From an uncultured Nitrososphaerota archaeon (GTDB taxonomy: Archaea; Thermoproteota; Nitrososphaeria; Nitrososphaerales; Gagatemarchaeaceae), in contig OY969807.1 in the NCBI GenBank assembly GCA_963703285.1, positions 800,001 through 864,000 of the forward strand: a stretch of DNA of 64,000 bases. The letters run 5' to 3'. The notes beneath the pieces are model-generated. The model worked only from the letters and a program-made list of their open reading frames with translations, was not told the DNA's origin and ran no database searches. This document shows, piece after piece, positions 19,413 through 29,515 of this stretch. Every line of letters starts with the position of its first letter. Within the stretch, counting starts at the first letter, position 1. Made by a program: the position numbers and the translations under genes.

Positions 19413-20257
19413 AGGTGGCCGTCCTAGGGTCGTCCGGGGGGATGGGTGGCTTCTTTGCGCGCTACTTCCTCTCCCGGGGTCTCTCGGTGGTCGGTTCCGA
19501 CACGAAAAGGCGGATGATTAGGAACCCCAGGTTCAGTTTCGTAGCGTCGAACTCCCGGGCCGTAGATGGCGCCGAGGTCGTCATAGTCGCCACCCCCATC
19601 GACAGCACGGTAGAGACCGTCACGGAGGTCGCGGGTGCCCTGGAGCCCGGGGCGGTCGTCGTAGAGATGATGTCCGTCAAGGGAAAGGTCATTGGGACGC
19701 TGGGGAAGATTACCAGAGAGCGCGGGGCCAAGCTCCTCTCAATCCATCCGCTCTTCGGACCGTCGCTCGGGTCACGGGCAAAGATGAGGATAGGAGTCAT
19801 CAGGACGGACGGGACGGCGGTCGAGAGAGCTCGCGAGCTGTTCCCCGAGGCCGAGCTAATCCCCATGGGGTCGCTGGAACACGACAGGCTCATGGCTGTG
19901 ATCCTCTCGCTCACCCATCTCGTCAACGTGGCATTCGCCGGGACGGCGGCGAGGTATCTCGAGCCCGCGGAGTTCAGGAGACTCCAGACGCCCACCTCTG
20001 CAGCTCAGTTGACCATCGCAGAGTCCGTCCTATCCCACAGCCCGAGCCTCTACTCGTACATCCAGGTGGAGAACGGCAGCTCCTTCGAGGTCGTGGGGGC
20101 TATGATAGAGGAGCTCGTCGCTCTTCAGGGACTGGTGAAGGCGAAGGACAGGAAGGGCTTCGAGAAGCGTTTCACAGAGCTTTCCAGGGCGTACGCGGGA
20201 GACTCCAGCGCGGCGGTCGAGTTCGTCTATCGGTCGTTCGAGGGTTCGTCTCCCTAG
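19409..20257 (+). CDS. tyrA: Prephenate dehydrogenase
   Basis: GSSGGMG, SVK, HPLFGP and EHDRLMA motifs. Confidence 0.92.
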   Translation: MKVAVLGSSGGMGGFFARYFLSRGLSVVGSDTKRRMIRNPRFSFVASNSRAVDGAEVVIVATPIDSTVETVTEVAGALEPGAVVVEMMSVKGKVIGTLGKITRERGAKLLSIHPLFGPSLGSRAKMRIGVIRTDGTAVERARELFPEAELIPMGSLEHDRLMAVILSLTHLVNVAFAGTAARYLEPAEFRRLQTPTSAAQLTIAESVLSHSPSLYSYIQVENGSSFEVVGAMIEELVALQGLVKAKDRKGFEKRFTELSRAYAGDSSAAVEFVYRSFEGSSP

Positions 20258-21183
20258 TAGTAAACAAGGAGGAATCCGAGCGCGAAGGCCGCGACGGGAA
20301 CAACGACCCAGCCCCCTATAGACTCAAGAGCCACCCTACCATTCACCACCGAGATCTGTTTGGCGAACGCCGCGCCGAACATTCCCCCGAGGAGGCACTG
20401 GCTGATCGAGACGGGGATGGCCAGCTGGGTTCCCAGCCATATCAGTACGGCGCTGCCGAGGAAGGTCGCGATGACACCGAAGGGGCTGAGCGCGAGCAGC
20501 TTGTCGCCGACCGTCCCAGAGACGCCGGTCCTGCCGAGGACCAGCATACCGAGGATGGCGAAGAGGGTCACCAGGACCAGCTGCCATTCGAACGATTTCC
20601 CGCCGTTGACCACGGTACCGTATATCAGACCGATGTTGTTCGCGCCGAGGACGTAGGCGATTATCAGGGACGTCACTATCACTCCGTAGCGGCTTGCGCC
20701 GTCGAGGGCCAGAAGGCTCAGCCGCGGGGCGAGGGCGAGGATCGACCTGTAGAGGGCGTAGGCGACCACGGCGGTGAGCAGAGGGGCTAGGAACCAGAAG
20801 CCGACCATCTCCTCCAAGCGGGGCCCGTTGAGCGGCAGCGAAGAGGCATAGGCGGCCCCCGCGAAGGCGCCCACCACGGCCATGCTGAACGAGACGGGCA
20901 ACTTGGCCAGTGAGAGCCCGACGGTCAGGGCCAGCGAGACTACGAGCGCCACCTCCGCCACCTGGGTTCCCGCGGCGGGCGTGATGCTCCCGCTGAGGCT
21001 CTTGAGCATCTGCGTCCCCTCGAGGAGAACGCCCAGAAGGAGCCCGGCGGAGGAGACCAGGAGCGCCTCTCGCAGGGTCAGGGAGCCCGAACCTTCGCCG
21101 TTGCCTATGAGGAAGGAGCTGTTGTTCCATCCGAAGACGAAGGCCAGGGCGGCTCCGAGGGCCAGGATATCCTCGCTAGCCAT
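20254..21183 (-). CDS. Inorganic phosphate transporter (PiT family)
   Basis: GWNN and GANN signature variants, PVS motifs, multi-TM. Confidence 0.85.
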   Translation of the reverse strand: MASEDILALGAALAFVFGWNNSSFLIGNGEGSGSLTLREALLVSSAGLLLGVLLEGTQMLKSLSGSITPAAGTQVAEVALVVSLALTVGLSLAKLPVSFSMAVVGAFAGAAYASSLPLNGPRLEEMVGFWFLAPLLTAVVAYALYRSILALAPRLSLLALDGASRYGVIVTSLIIAYVLGANNIGLIYGTVVNGGKSFEWQLVLVTLFAILGMLVLGRTGVSGTVGDKLLALSPFGVIATFLGSAVLIWLGTQLAIPVSISQCLLGGMFGAAFAKQISVVNGRVALESIGGWVVVPVAAFALGFLLVYY

Positions 21184-21859
21184 ATCCTTTCGCGACCAAG
21201 ACCAGGACGAGGTCGCTCGCTTTCTCGGCGTTGTCCGCTATGTCGTCGGAGGCGAAGATGAAGTCACGCAGCTCGATGATTGTGACCGGGTCCAACGACC
21301 TGGGCCTTTTGAAGAGCTGCGTCAGGAGGAGGTTCTTCTCTGTGTCGGCTTGCTCTTCGCAGTCCTCCACGGCGTGCACCCTCGAGAGCGCCGCGTCCTT
21401 GTCAATCTGAAGCGTCTGTATGAGCGACTCGAGGGACGTTACGGCCGCGAGAAGCTTCTCCTGGAATCCCGACATGTGGTCACTCTTCAGGAGGTTCCGA
21501 AAGGCCTCGTCCTCCTCGGCTCCTATCGATAGGAGCCTGGCAGCGTCCTTTGCCGCGTCGGCTATGTCGTCGTCGGCCTCGATTAGGGTGAGGATGTCCT
21601 CCCTGACGCCGCCGAAGAAGGCGCCTTCAGCGATTCTTTTCTTGAGATCCCTCTTTGTCCCGTCTGCCTCCGTCTCTAGGTTGAAGACCTCGTCGAGGTA
21701 CTTGCGCGCATCTTGCTGCCCCGTCGCATAGGCGGAGACCATCTTCTGGTAGGTCGTGACGCACTGCTTGACCGTGGAGAGGTGCCCCTGCAGGCCGTCG
21801 AGGATCGAACTCTCCCTCCCTCCCAGCGAGAACGATGGGAAGCGAGCCAATGTCTTCAT
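21176..21859 (-). CDS. DUF47 / PhoU-like phosphate transport regulator
   Basis: ExxAD repeats and DDIADxAxD; coupled to the PiT gene. Confidence 0.88.
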   Translation of the reverse strand: MKTLARFPSFSLGGRESSILDGLQGHLSTVKQCVTTYQKMVSAYATGQQDARKYLDEVFNLETEADGTKRDLKKRIAEGAFFGGVREDILTLIEADDDIADAAKDAARLLSIGAEEDEAFRNLLKSDHMSGFQEKLLAAVTSLESLIQTLQIDKDAALSRVHAVEDCEEQADTEKNLLLTQLFKRPRSLDPVTIIELRDFIFASDDIADNAEKASDLVLVLVAKGYG

Positions 21860-21940
21860 CCGGCGAACCTCGCGGTAATTAAATCTCGTCCGAGAGGTGT
21901 GTTACAGCAATCTCGCTGCAGGCGCTGGGCTGGTTTGAAA

Positions 21941-22735
21941 TCATGCGGAATGCGAGAGGTTGTCCTTGCGGCCACCGTCGACGGTCAGCGTCTGGCCCGT
22001 GATGAACGATGCTCCATCAGACGCCAGGAAGAGGATCACCTCGGCTATCTCCTCCGGCATGGCGATCCTCCTGAGCGCGCTGTTCGCGGCCGTGGCTTCG
22101 GCCCTGCTTTCGAAGTCCTTCCCGAGGGAGAGCGTAAAGTCCGTCTTCACAAAGCCAGGGGCTATCGCGTTGACTGTTATCCCGTAGGGACCCAGCTCCT
22201 GGGCGAACCTCTTCGTCATTATCACGATCGCGCCCTTGCTGATGGCGTACAGCGTGGAGTTCAGGGAGCCAGTTCCCAGCGCGGAGTTGCTCGCGACGTT
22301 TACGATTCTTCCGTACTTGTTCTGGACCATGCTCTTGGCCGCGTCCACGGTCGCAAAGAAAGTCCCCATGGTGTGCACGTCCATCATCTCCTTGAACTGG
22401 CGCTCGTCCTGCATGTTCATGGCGTCGGTGCGGTGCATCATTCCCGCGTTGTTGACCAGGATATCGATTCTGCCGAAGGTCGAGATCGCTTCATCTATCA
22501 TGCGCTTCACCTGCGACCTGTCGCCGACGTCGGCCCGAATTGCCCTCGCCTCGCCCCCTTGCGACTTGATCTTGGACACGACTTCGTCGGCCGCTGACCT
22601 CGCCTTTGCGTAGTTGACACAAACTCTTGCCCCCTCCCGGGCCAGTGCCAGAGAGGTTGCCCTGCCGATACCGCGAGATCCTCCTGTAACGAGCGCTATC
22701 CTGCCCTTGACCCTGTCAACCATGGGCGGAAGCAA
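21941..22735 (-). CDS. SDR oxidoreductase (FabG-like)
   Basis: TGGSRGIG, NNAG and YAISK motifs. Confidence 0.92.
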   Translation of the reverse strand: MLPPMVDRVKGRIALVTGGSRGIGRATSLALAREGARVCVNYAKARSAADEVVSKIKSQGGEARAIRADVGDRSQVKRMIDEAISTFGRIDILVNNAGMMHRTDAMNMQDERQFKEMMDVHTMGTFFATVDAAKSMVQNKYGRIVNVASNSALGTGSLNSTLYAISKGAIVIMTKRFAQELGPYGITVNAIAPGFVKTDFTLSLGKDFESRAEATAANSALRRIAMPEEIAEVILFLASDGASFITGQTLTVDGGRKDNLSHSA

Positions 22736-22840
22736 CCCGCTATCCGTATTTCACCTTTGAGCCGACCGCAGAGGAGCATCGCCGCAGCGTGGGGCCAGAG
22801 CGGGACGCTGTCCGTATGTCCTTGAAGTGTGTCGTCCGCG

Positions 22841-24481
22841 CTACTCGGGCGGAATCTCGTTGAAGAGCATGCCGATGTTGATTCCCTTGGACTTCTGGTA
22901 CTGGTTCATGATGACATAGTAGATGATTCCTCCTGCGAGGATCCCGAAGACGACGGATATCGGGACGATGGACGACGGCGTCAGGGACAGGCCGACCCCC
23001 GGTATCGCGAAGAACGCGTAGAGGAAGAGGACCTGCACGAAGAGCGTGATCGCGCCTGTTATCACTATCGCCGGGAGACCACCGATCCTCCACTTGGCGC
23101 CAGGAGACTGCTCGAACATCTGCTTCTTGGTGTAGGGGAACACCATCGCAGCCAAGCCGGTGGTTGCGAAGTTGAATATCTGGGCGACCGTCGCGGCGAT
23201 GAGAGCCGTAGCAATTCCCACGAAGGCGACAAGCGCTCCGAAGCCCACCGCTCCGACCAAGAAGAAGAAGATCAGCGAGAGGTACGGGGTGTGGAAGCGC
23301 TCGTCTACGTCCCCGAACTTGGCTGGAAGGATTCTATCGAAGGCCAGCGCAAGCGCCAGCCTAGAGTAGCCCAGGGAGTTGTTCGTCGCCCACTGGAGTG
23401 CCCAGCAGATCATCCCACCGTTGATGAGTATCAGTAGCGGGACGTTGTTGGTCAGCGTGCTCACTAGGAAGGTGTAGAACGCAGAGACGGGCAGCGGGTA
23501 CTTCGACGGGTCGTTGAAGGCCAGGTACCCGATCGAGGTCAGGAAGTTGGAGCCCATGGTGTTAACCAGGAGCGCGCCGATGACTATCGCGAAGATGCCG
23601 GTGAAGAGTGTCGCTCCCATGAAGACATAGGAGTACGTCTTGAGGTTGTTGGCCTTCTTTAGCTCCCCCATGTTGGCTATGATTCCATGCCCCCAGATCA
23701 GGCCGAACGAGACGAAGGCCATGAGTCCGAGCGTCCCGTACCAACTGAACGACGTGTTTATGCCGATGGCGGATACCTCCGATATTATCGTGTGGTAAGC
23801 GTCGGCGGTTCCGAAGTACGGGGCGGAGAAGGTATTGAACTTGCTGATGAACGTCGCCTGGGAGGTCGTCGCGAGGATGGCGACGATGGCGACGACCTGC
23901 GCCATGCCCACTACGAAGAGGATTCTCTGGAACTTCTCCATGTAGAACTTGATTCCGAGGGCGACGATGGAGATGCAGGCGGCGGACAAGAGAATTATCA
24001 CCACGTACGTCCCGATCGGCGTGCCGAGCCACGTGGCAAAGCTCACCAACGAGTGGGTGCCCGTGACGGTACCGAGCATGACCATAAGGGGCGCGAGCGC
24101 GATGCTAGCGAACATGATACCGTTGAGCGCCTGATATATCGTGCCCTGCCACATTATGTTGTAGCTGATTTGGTTCCCCACGGCCCAGGGGGCAAACGAG
24201 CTGAGCGACCTTGCCTGGAAGACGTATTCAGCCCCGCTGCGCGGCATGGCGCTCCCCATCTGAGAGTAGGTAAGGTCCTTGAAGAGAGCAAGAATGACGA
24301 AAAGGCCGATGGCGAGGGGGATCGAGCCCCCGGGAAAGAGGGCCGGGCCTAGCGTGTAGGTCGTGGCTATCCCGGTGCCGAGGCTTATCGCCATGACACC
24401 AAAAACCCAAGCGTCTATCGCCTTTACTTCTCTGACGAGGCCGGTCGCCTCCCTGATGAAGGTTCCCTTCTGGGCCGTCAA
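22841..24481 (-). CDS. APC family amino acid permease
   Basis: FIREATGLVRE, AMPRSG and AFDRILP...HTP motifs; many TM helices. Confidence 0.9.
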   Translation of the reverse strand: MTAQKGTFIREATGLVREVKAIDAWVFGVMAISLGTGIATTYTLGPALFPGGSIPLAIGLFVILALFKDLTYSQMGSAMPRSGAEYVFQARSLSSFAPWAVGNQISYNIMWQGTIYQALNGIMFASIALAPLMVMLGTVTGTHSLVSFATWLGTPIGTYVVIILLSAACISIVALGIKFYMEKFQRILFVVGMAQVVAIVAILATTSQATFISKFNTFSAPYFGTADAYHTIISEVSAIGINTSFSWYGTLGLMAFVSFGLIWGHGIIANMGELKKANNLKTYSYVFMGATLFTGIFAIVIGALLVNTMGSNFLTSIGYLAFNDPSKYPLPVSAFYTFLVSTLTNNVPLLILINGGMICWALQWATNNSLGYSRLALALAFDRILPAKFGDVDERFHTPYLSLIFFFLVGAVGFGALVAFVGIATALIAATVAQIFNFATTGLAAMVFPYTKKQMFEQSPGAKWRIGGLPAIVITGAITLFVQVLFLYAFFAIPGVGLSLTPSSIVPISVVFGILAGGIIYYVIMNQYQKSKGINIGMLFNEIPPE

Positions 24482-24588
24482 CCAAGTGGTTTGTGTCGCG
24501 TATCGCGTATTAATATGTTTATGAATGCGCTATAACTGAGAATTCCTTCAAGAATCAACCCCGTCGCCATTCTATCTCGCGAGTCGGG

Positions 24589-24951
24589 TCAGGGCAACAG
24601 ACGCGCGATCCTGAAGTAGAGCTTAGCGAGAAGCAGCGTCACCCGCCTCCGGACCCGCTCGACGTAGTCACTCGTGCTGTAGATCGATTGAATCTGCTGC
24701 ATCCTCTCGTCGTAAAGCAGGGTGAGGGCCCGTTCCTGCGCCTTTCGCTTTACGGGAAACGCAACGGAGCTGTCGCGTGCGCTCGACTGGAACCAGCGAC
24801 AACAGATTGGGCAGTAGTAGAAGTCCCAGAACTCAGTCTGGTACAGAAGCTCAGCCGTCGAGTTCAGGCTCGAGTTGCAGACGATGCACGGTCGCTGGAG
24901 GGGAGGCTTCTGAGGCCCGCCAGTATTTTCCCCATTGTTGTTGTTCGACAT
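24589..24951 (-). CDS. Hypothetical protein with a CxxC...CxxC zinc ribbon
   Basis: CIVC...CPIC; TATA-like TATATA upstream. Start uncertain. Confidence 0.55.
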   Translation of the reverse strand: MSNNNNGENTGGPQKPPLQRPCIVCNSSLNSTAELLYQTEFWDFYYCPICCRWFQSSARDSSVAFPVKRKAQERALTLLYDERMQQIQSIYSTSDYVERVRRRVTLLLAKLYFRIARLLP

Positions 24952-25068
24952 TCGAGATCTCGCGCCCAGGCGGCTCTTCGCAGAGAGCCAAGCTTTTCTG
25001 ACGCCTTTCGTATATAGTCGTTTCCGCGGCTGGACGGTCATCAGCCACGGAAGAGCGAATGCGGGTCT

Positions 25069-25848
25069 CTAGTGGGTGATCTCGTGGGTTATTGAGTACC
25101 CGCCGTCGACCGGTATGCTGGCACCGGTGACGAAGGATGCGTCGTCTGACAGCAGGAACAGAGCCACCTTGACTATCTCCTCCGGCTGGGCTAGCCTGCC
25201 GATGGGGTGGACGCTCGTCATGTGCTTCATCGCTGCGTCCTTGTTGCCGAGGTCCTCGGCGGCCTTGAGCGTCAGAGGCGTCAGAACGGTGCCGGGAAGT
25301 ATCGTGTTGACCCGAACTCCGTACTTGGCGAAGTCGACCGCCATCGACTTGGTCAGGCCGACGACGCCACCCTTGGAGGCCACGTAGGCGGCTTCCCTGA
25401 ACCACGTCAGCGTGAAGTCCCCGGAGGACGTGTTCACGATCGCGCCCTTGCTCTTGATCAGCTCGGGGAGCGCAGCCTTCGAGACGAGGAACATCCCCTT
25501 GAGGTTGATGTTGAGCGTCCTGTCCCATACCTCAATCGAGGTCTCCAGGACGTCGCCGATCGGGTTGATGCCCGCGTTGTTGTAGAGGCCGTCTATCCTG
25601 CCGAACGCCCTGACCGCCTCCCTCGCCAGGTTCTCGGCGTCTTCGGGTCTGGAGATATCGCACTTCACGAATATCGCTTCGCCACCGGAGGACCTTATCT
25701 CCTCGACCGTCTTGTTGCCATCGACCTCGTTGATGTCGGCGCCGACGACCTTGGCACCCTCCTTCGCGAAGAGGATGGCTGCCGCCCTGCCCATTCCCGA
25801 GGAAGCGCCGGTTATGATTTCTACCTTCCCAGAAAGCCTGCCCTGCAT
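25069..25848 (-). CDS. SDR oxidoreductase
   Basis: TGASSGMG, NNAG, YVASKGG and PIGR motifs. Confidence 0.92.
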   Translation of the reverse strand: MQGRLSGKVEIITGASSGMGRAAAILFAKEGAKVVGADINEVDGNKTVEEIRSSGGEAIFVKCDISRPEDAENLAREAVRAFGRIDGLYNNAGINPIGDVLETSIEVWDRTLNINLKGMFLVSKAALPELIKSKGAIVNTSSGDFTLTWFREAAYVASKGGVVGLTKSMAVDFAKYGVRVNTILPGTVLTPLTLKAAEDLGNKDAAMKHMTSVHPIGRLAQPEEIVKVALFLLSDDASFVTGASIPVDGGYSITHEITH

Positions 25849-25980
25849 ATCAGCGCCGGCGGTGGCTCATTCCTTGATAAGCATTCCTGACTTCGCGTAC
25901 CCCGATCCGAACTAGTGCAAAGAAGGAACCCACAGCCCCGGGAAGATTTTTATCGTCACGGGGAACGATTCAAAAGGCGT

Positions 25981-26877
25981 ATGACAGTGAAGCCGCTGAA
26001 GGGGATATTTCCCCTGATGCCCTTCGTGCTGAGGAAGAACGGGGACCTCGACCTCGAAGGGCTGAAGAGCAACGTCAGAGCGTACGAGGAGGTGGGATTC
26101 GATGGCTTCGTCGCGTTCGGGTGCATGGGCGAGTTCTACGCGTCCAGCTTCGAGGAGTACAAGATGGTGGTCGACGCAGCCTTGGGCGCGTCGAAGAAAA
26201 TCGCGTGCGTCTTCGGGGCGACGTATCACAACACGAGGGAATGCATCCAGCGCATGAAGTACGCCGAGGACGCGGGAGCCGACGGGGTCATGGTTGGGCT
26301 CCCCTACCTCATACCGGTCTCCGACGAGGCCGCCTACGAGCACTACCGCCTTGTGAACGAGGCCGCCGACGGGATCCAGATAATGGCCTACAACAACCCC
26401 CACTCGTTCCGCTACAACATGGGGGTTGAGTTCTGGGACAGGCTGATGTCGCTGGACAGGATCAAGGCGGTCAAGGAGTCGAACGGGGACGTGGTCCACA
26501 GGACGCGCGTCGTGAGCCACATCTCGCGTCGGATCAACGTCTTCTCCGGGGGCGAGGACTGGCTGCTGGGGGACTCGTTGGTGGGAGGGAACAGCATCGT
26601 CTCGGTCGTGGGGCCGGGTGTCCCGACCGCCACCCGGGTCTTCTTCAGGGCGTGCATGAAGAGGGACCTGGGGACCGCCATCCCATTTCACGTCAAATTC
26701 AGCGACGTCTATGACGAGCTCACGGCCCAGAACGAGGTGGCTTGGGAGAAGGCGTGCGCTGAACTGGGAGGGTTCAAGGCCGGGCCTCCGAGGGCGCCCT
26801 ACCCTCCTCTCGACCCCGGTATCAGGCGCAGGCTGGCGACGAGACTGGAGCACCTCAGGCAGATGGCTGAGGCGTAG
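25981..26877 (+). CDS. DHDPS/NAL-family lyase (not canonical DapA)
   Basis: GCMGE in place of GTTGE, YNNP and VKES Schiff-base Lys. Confidence 0.88.
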   Translation: MTVKPLKGIFPLMPFVLRKNGDLDLEGLKSNVRAYEEVGFDGFVAFGCMGEFYASSFEEYKMVVDAALGASKKIACVFGATYHNTRECIQRMKYAEDAGADGVMVGLPYLIPVSDEAAYEHYRLVNEAADGIQIMAYNNPHSFRYNMGVEFWDRLMSLDRIKAVKESNGDVVHRTRVVSHISRRINVFSGGEDWLLGDSLVGGNSIVSVVGPGVPTATRVFFRACMKRDLGTAIPFHVKFSDVYDELTAQNEVAWEKACAELGGFKAGPPRAPYPPLDPGIRRRLATRLEHLRQMAEA

Positions 26878-26929
26878 GTCTCCATTGCCGTGAAGGCGTA
26901 GAACCGCCACCAGGCCCGCAGCGAACGCC

Positions 26930-28042
26930 CTAGTGCAGCTCGACGGTGTATTTCTTCAGCGCGTCCTCGTTTATCGTGACGCCGAGGCCGGGTCGGTCAG
27001 GAGCCTCGACGCACCCCGACTTGTCCATCTTCATGGGCTCGTTGAGTATCCAGGCCTGCATCTTTGAAAGCTCGGTGAAATCGCTCGCCGTGGTCGCGTT
27101 CCTCGTCGAGATTGCGAGGTGTGCCTTCGCTGCCAGCCCTCCGGCGAGTTCTCCCTCCGCCCCAGCCATGCAGGTCATCCCGAAGGCGTCGGCGACCGCC
27201 GCCATCTTCTTCCCCTTCCAGAGCCCGCCGACCTTGGGTATCTTTAGGTTGATGACATCGGCCGCCTTTCTCCTTCCGTGCTCCACAACATCGTAGACGG
27301 TCCAGGCGCCCTCGTCAGCCTCCACCTTGATGCCCGCTTGGGCGCGGATCTCCGCCATCCCCTCGATGTTCCACCCCGGGACGGGCTGCTCCAGGTAGTC
27401 GAAGTTAATCTGGCTCAGATAGCGCCCCGCTCGCTTGGACTCATCGACGCTCCAGTGAGTGTTGGGGTCGACCCTGAGCTTGATCTTGTCGCCCACCGCG
27501 TCCCTCACGGCCCTAATCCTTGCCATGTCGAGGTCGAAGTCTCCCGAACCGGCCTTTATCTTGACGACCTTCAACCCCTGCTCCACCCAGCCGGCGGCCT
27601 CGTCGGCCATCTCCTTTGGCTTCTTGATCCCTATCTCGTAAGCCACTGGAACCTTCTCCCGAGCCTTGCCGCCGAGCAGGTTGTAGACCGGCTGGTCGGT
27701 CGCCTGGCCCATGATGTCGAAGAGAGCGAGGTCAATCCCTGTCTTGGCGCAGGGCGCCCTCCCGATGACTGCGTCCATTGTGTCGTAGTTCTGTTCTATG
27801 CGGAAGGGGTCCTTCCCCACCAGCGCCGGGGCCAGCTGGTTCCGGACGATCGCCGTGACCGACTCGAGCGTCTCGCCGTAAATCTCTTGATACTTTGCGT
27901 GCGACTCGCCCCACCCGACGAGCTTCTCGTCGGTGGAGACCTTCACGATCACCGCCCTGTAGTCCGCGTACTCCCCGTATGCGTCCCGGTAGAGCTTGGT
28001 CGGGAGCTGCACGGGAAACGCCTCAATCCTTGTGATCTTCAA
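26930..28042 (-). CDS. Enolase-superfamily (MLE subgroup) racemase/epimerase/dehydratase
   Basis: GWGE, LLGG, KIK, DPN, EQP, DEG and KIPKVGG motifs. Confidence 0.9.
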   Translation of the reverse strand: MKITRIEAFPVQLPTKLYRDAYGEYADYRAVIVKVSTDEKLVGWGESHAKYQEIYGETLESVTAIVRNQLAPALVGKDPFRIEQNYDTMDAVIGRAPCAKTGIDLALFDIMGQATDQPVYNLLGGKAREKVPVAYEIGIKKPKEMADEAAGWVEQGLKVVKIKAGSGDFDLDMARIRAVRDAVGDKIKLRVDPNTHWSVDESKRAGRYLSQINFDYLEQPVPGWNIEGMAEIRAQAGIKVEADEGAWTVYDVVEHGRRKAADVINLKIPKVGGLWKGKKMAAVADAFGMTCMAGAEGELAGGLAAKAHLAISTRNATTASDFTELSKMQAWILNEPMKMDKSGCVEAPDRPGLGVTINEDALKKYTVELH

Positions 28043-28147
28043 AGCGGGCGGGCCGACGGCGACGCGCTATAAAGCGTTTGGAGGGTACGACCCAACCTGA
28101 CAGATGCCGCCCGGTTGCATCGCCTATGGCGGAAGTGTCGGTTGGCG

Positions 28148-28810
28148 CTAGAGCTCGGCGACTGCGCGTATCGGCGAGCCGGAAGCCCCCTTCACCTTCA
28201 ACGGTAGCGCGTAGAACTTGACCTTCTTCCCTCTAAGCTGCGCTATTCCCAGCAGGTTCTCGTATCCAACCACCCCTGCCGGTAGCAGCGTCTTGTGTGT
28301 GACGAAGTCCGGGCTCCTGTAGTGGTCGAGGCTGGGCGTGTCGAGCCCCACGGCCTTGACATTCAGAGACAGCAGGTGGTCTGCGAGTTCCTTCGATATT
28401 CCCGGGCACCTCCTCAGGTACATCTCCTCGTTCCCAAGGTGGCGGTCCCACTCCGTCGCGAACAGCAACGTCGCCCCCGACAGGTCGGGATTGTCAAAGG
28501 CTCTCAGGGCCTTTGCGAAGTCGTCCTTGTTGATTTGGTAGTCCGGGGTTGGCGCGGTTGTGCCCAAGACCATGGCATCGCCGATGAACGTCCCGACGGC
28601 GAGCTCGTCCACGGTCGCCTTTCCCGGCCCGAAGTGGCTCGGGGCGTCAACGTGGGTCCCGGTGTGCATGGCCACGCAGACCCTCTCGCTGGAGTAGCCA
28701 TCCTTCTCGTAGGTCGCGATGGGTGTCACCTCGGGTTTCGGATACCCCGTCCAGACAATCATGTCCTTGTGCATCAGCTGCGTTAGGTCGAAGAACATCT
28801 CGTGCCTCAT
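28148..28810 (-). CDS. Cyclase family metal-dependent hydrolase (KynB-like)
   Basis: HTGTHVDAPSH, GLDTPSLD, H..LL...ENL and GSPIRA motifs. Confidence 0.9.
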   Translation of the reverse strand: MRHEMFFDLTQLMHKDMIVWTGYPKPEVTPIATYEKDGYSSERVCVAMHTGTHVDAPSHFGPGKATVDELAVGTFIGDAMVLGTTAPTPDYQINKDDFAKALRAFDNPDLSGATLLFATEWDRHLGNEEMYLRRCPGISKELADHLLSLNVKAVGLDTPSLDHYRSPDFVTHKTLLPAGVVGYENLLGIAQLRGKKVKFYALPLKVKGASGSPIRAVAEL

Positions 28811-28905
28811 AATCGATCGATCGTCTAAAAGCCTTACCCAATCAGTCGGCCGGACGCCGGGCCCGGACCCCGAATAACTATAAGACCGACGGAGACCTAT
28901 GAAAG

Positions 28906-29460
28906 ATGATGAAAGAAGAGAAGGATCTCGGTATCATCAACAACATCAGCCTCGAAGTCTTGCGAACGTCAAGGAAGAAGTTCGAGAGAGAGGGCGGTCA
29001 CCATCGCGTCGAGAAAATCATCGAAGGAGAGTTCAGGCTCGACGGCAGCCCGGCGTTCGTCGCGGAAATACGCTCGGATTTATCGAGTCACATCGTCGCC
29101 TCGGACGAGCCGGGGATTCTCGGCGGGCGCGGAGTGCATGCATCGCCGCTGAGCTATGTCCTCTTCGGGGTGCTGGCGTGCTTCGCCAACACGCTAGCGA
29201 TCCAGTGCGGGCTCAAAGGCGTGAGCCTTCGGAAGATGAAGCTCAGGGGCCGGTTGTTCTACGATATCGGACCCATGCTGACGAACGCCGAGGGACCCCT
29301 CATCAAGGAACTCAGGATAGAGGTGGAGGCGGACAGGGACGTCAGAGAGGTCATCGAGACATCCAAGGAGCGGTGTCCGGCCCTGTATCTGGTGGACCAC
29401 GCCATAAAGACGGAGGTCCTTCAGGCCGGGACGCGTAACTCAAAGCGTCCTGTCGGCTAA
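28906..29460 (+). CDS. OsmC family protein
   Basis: DEPxxLGG...SP...LAC and ERCP motifs. Confidence 0.85.
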   Translation: MMKEEKDLGIINNISLEVLRTSRKKFEREGGHHRVEKIIEGEFRLDGSPAFVAEIRSDLSSHIVASDEPGILGGRGVHASPLSYVLFGVLACFANTLAIQCGLKGVSLRKMKLRGRLFYDIGPMLTNAEGPLIKELRIEVEADRDVREVIETSKERCPALYLVDHAIKTEVLQAGTRNSKRPVG

Positions 29461-29515
29461 CGACGCCGTGAAGGATTCCTGTCAGGAAGAAGGGATCTTA
29501 GTCTCTTGAATGGGC

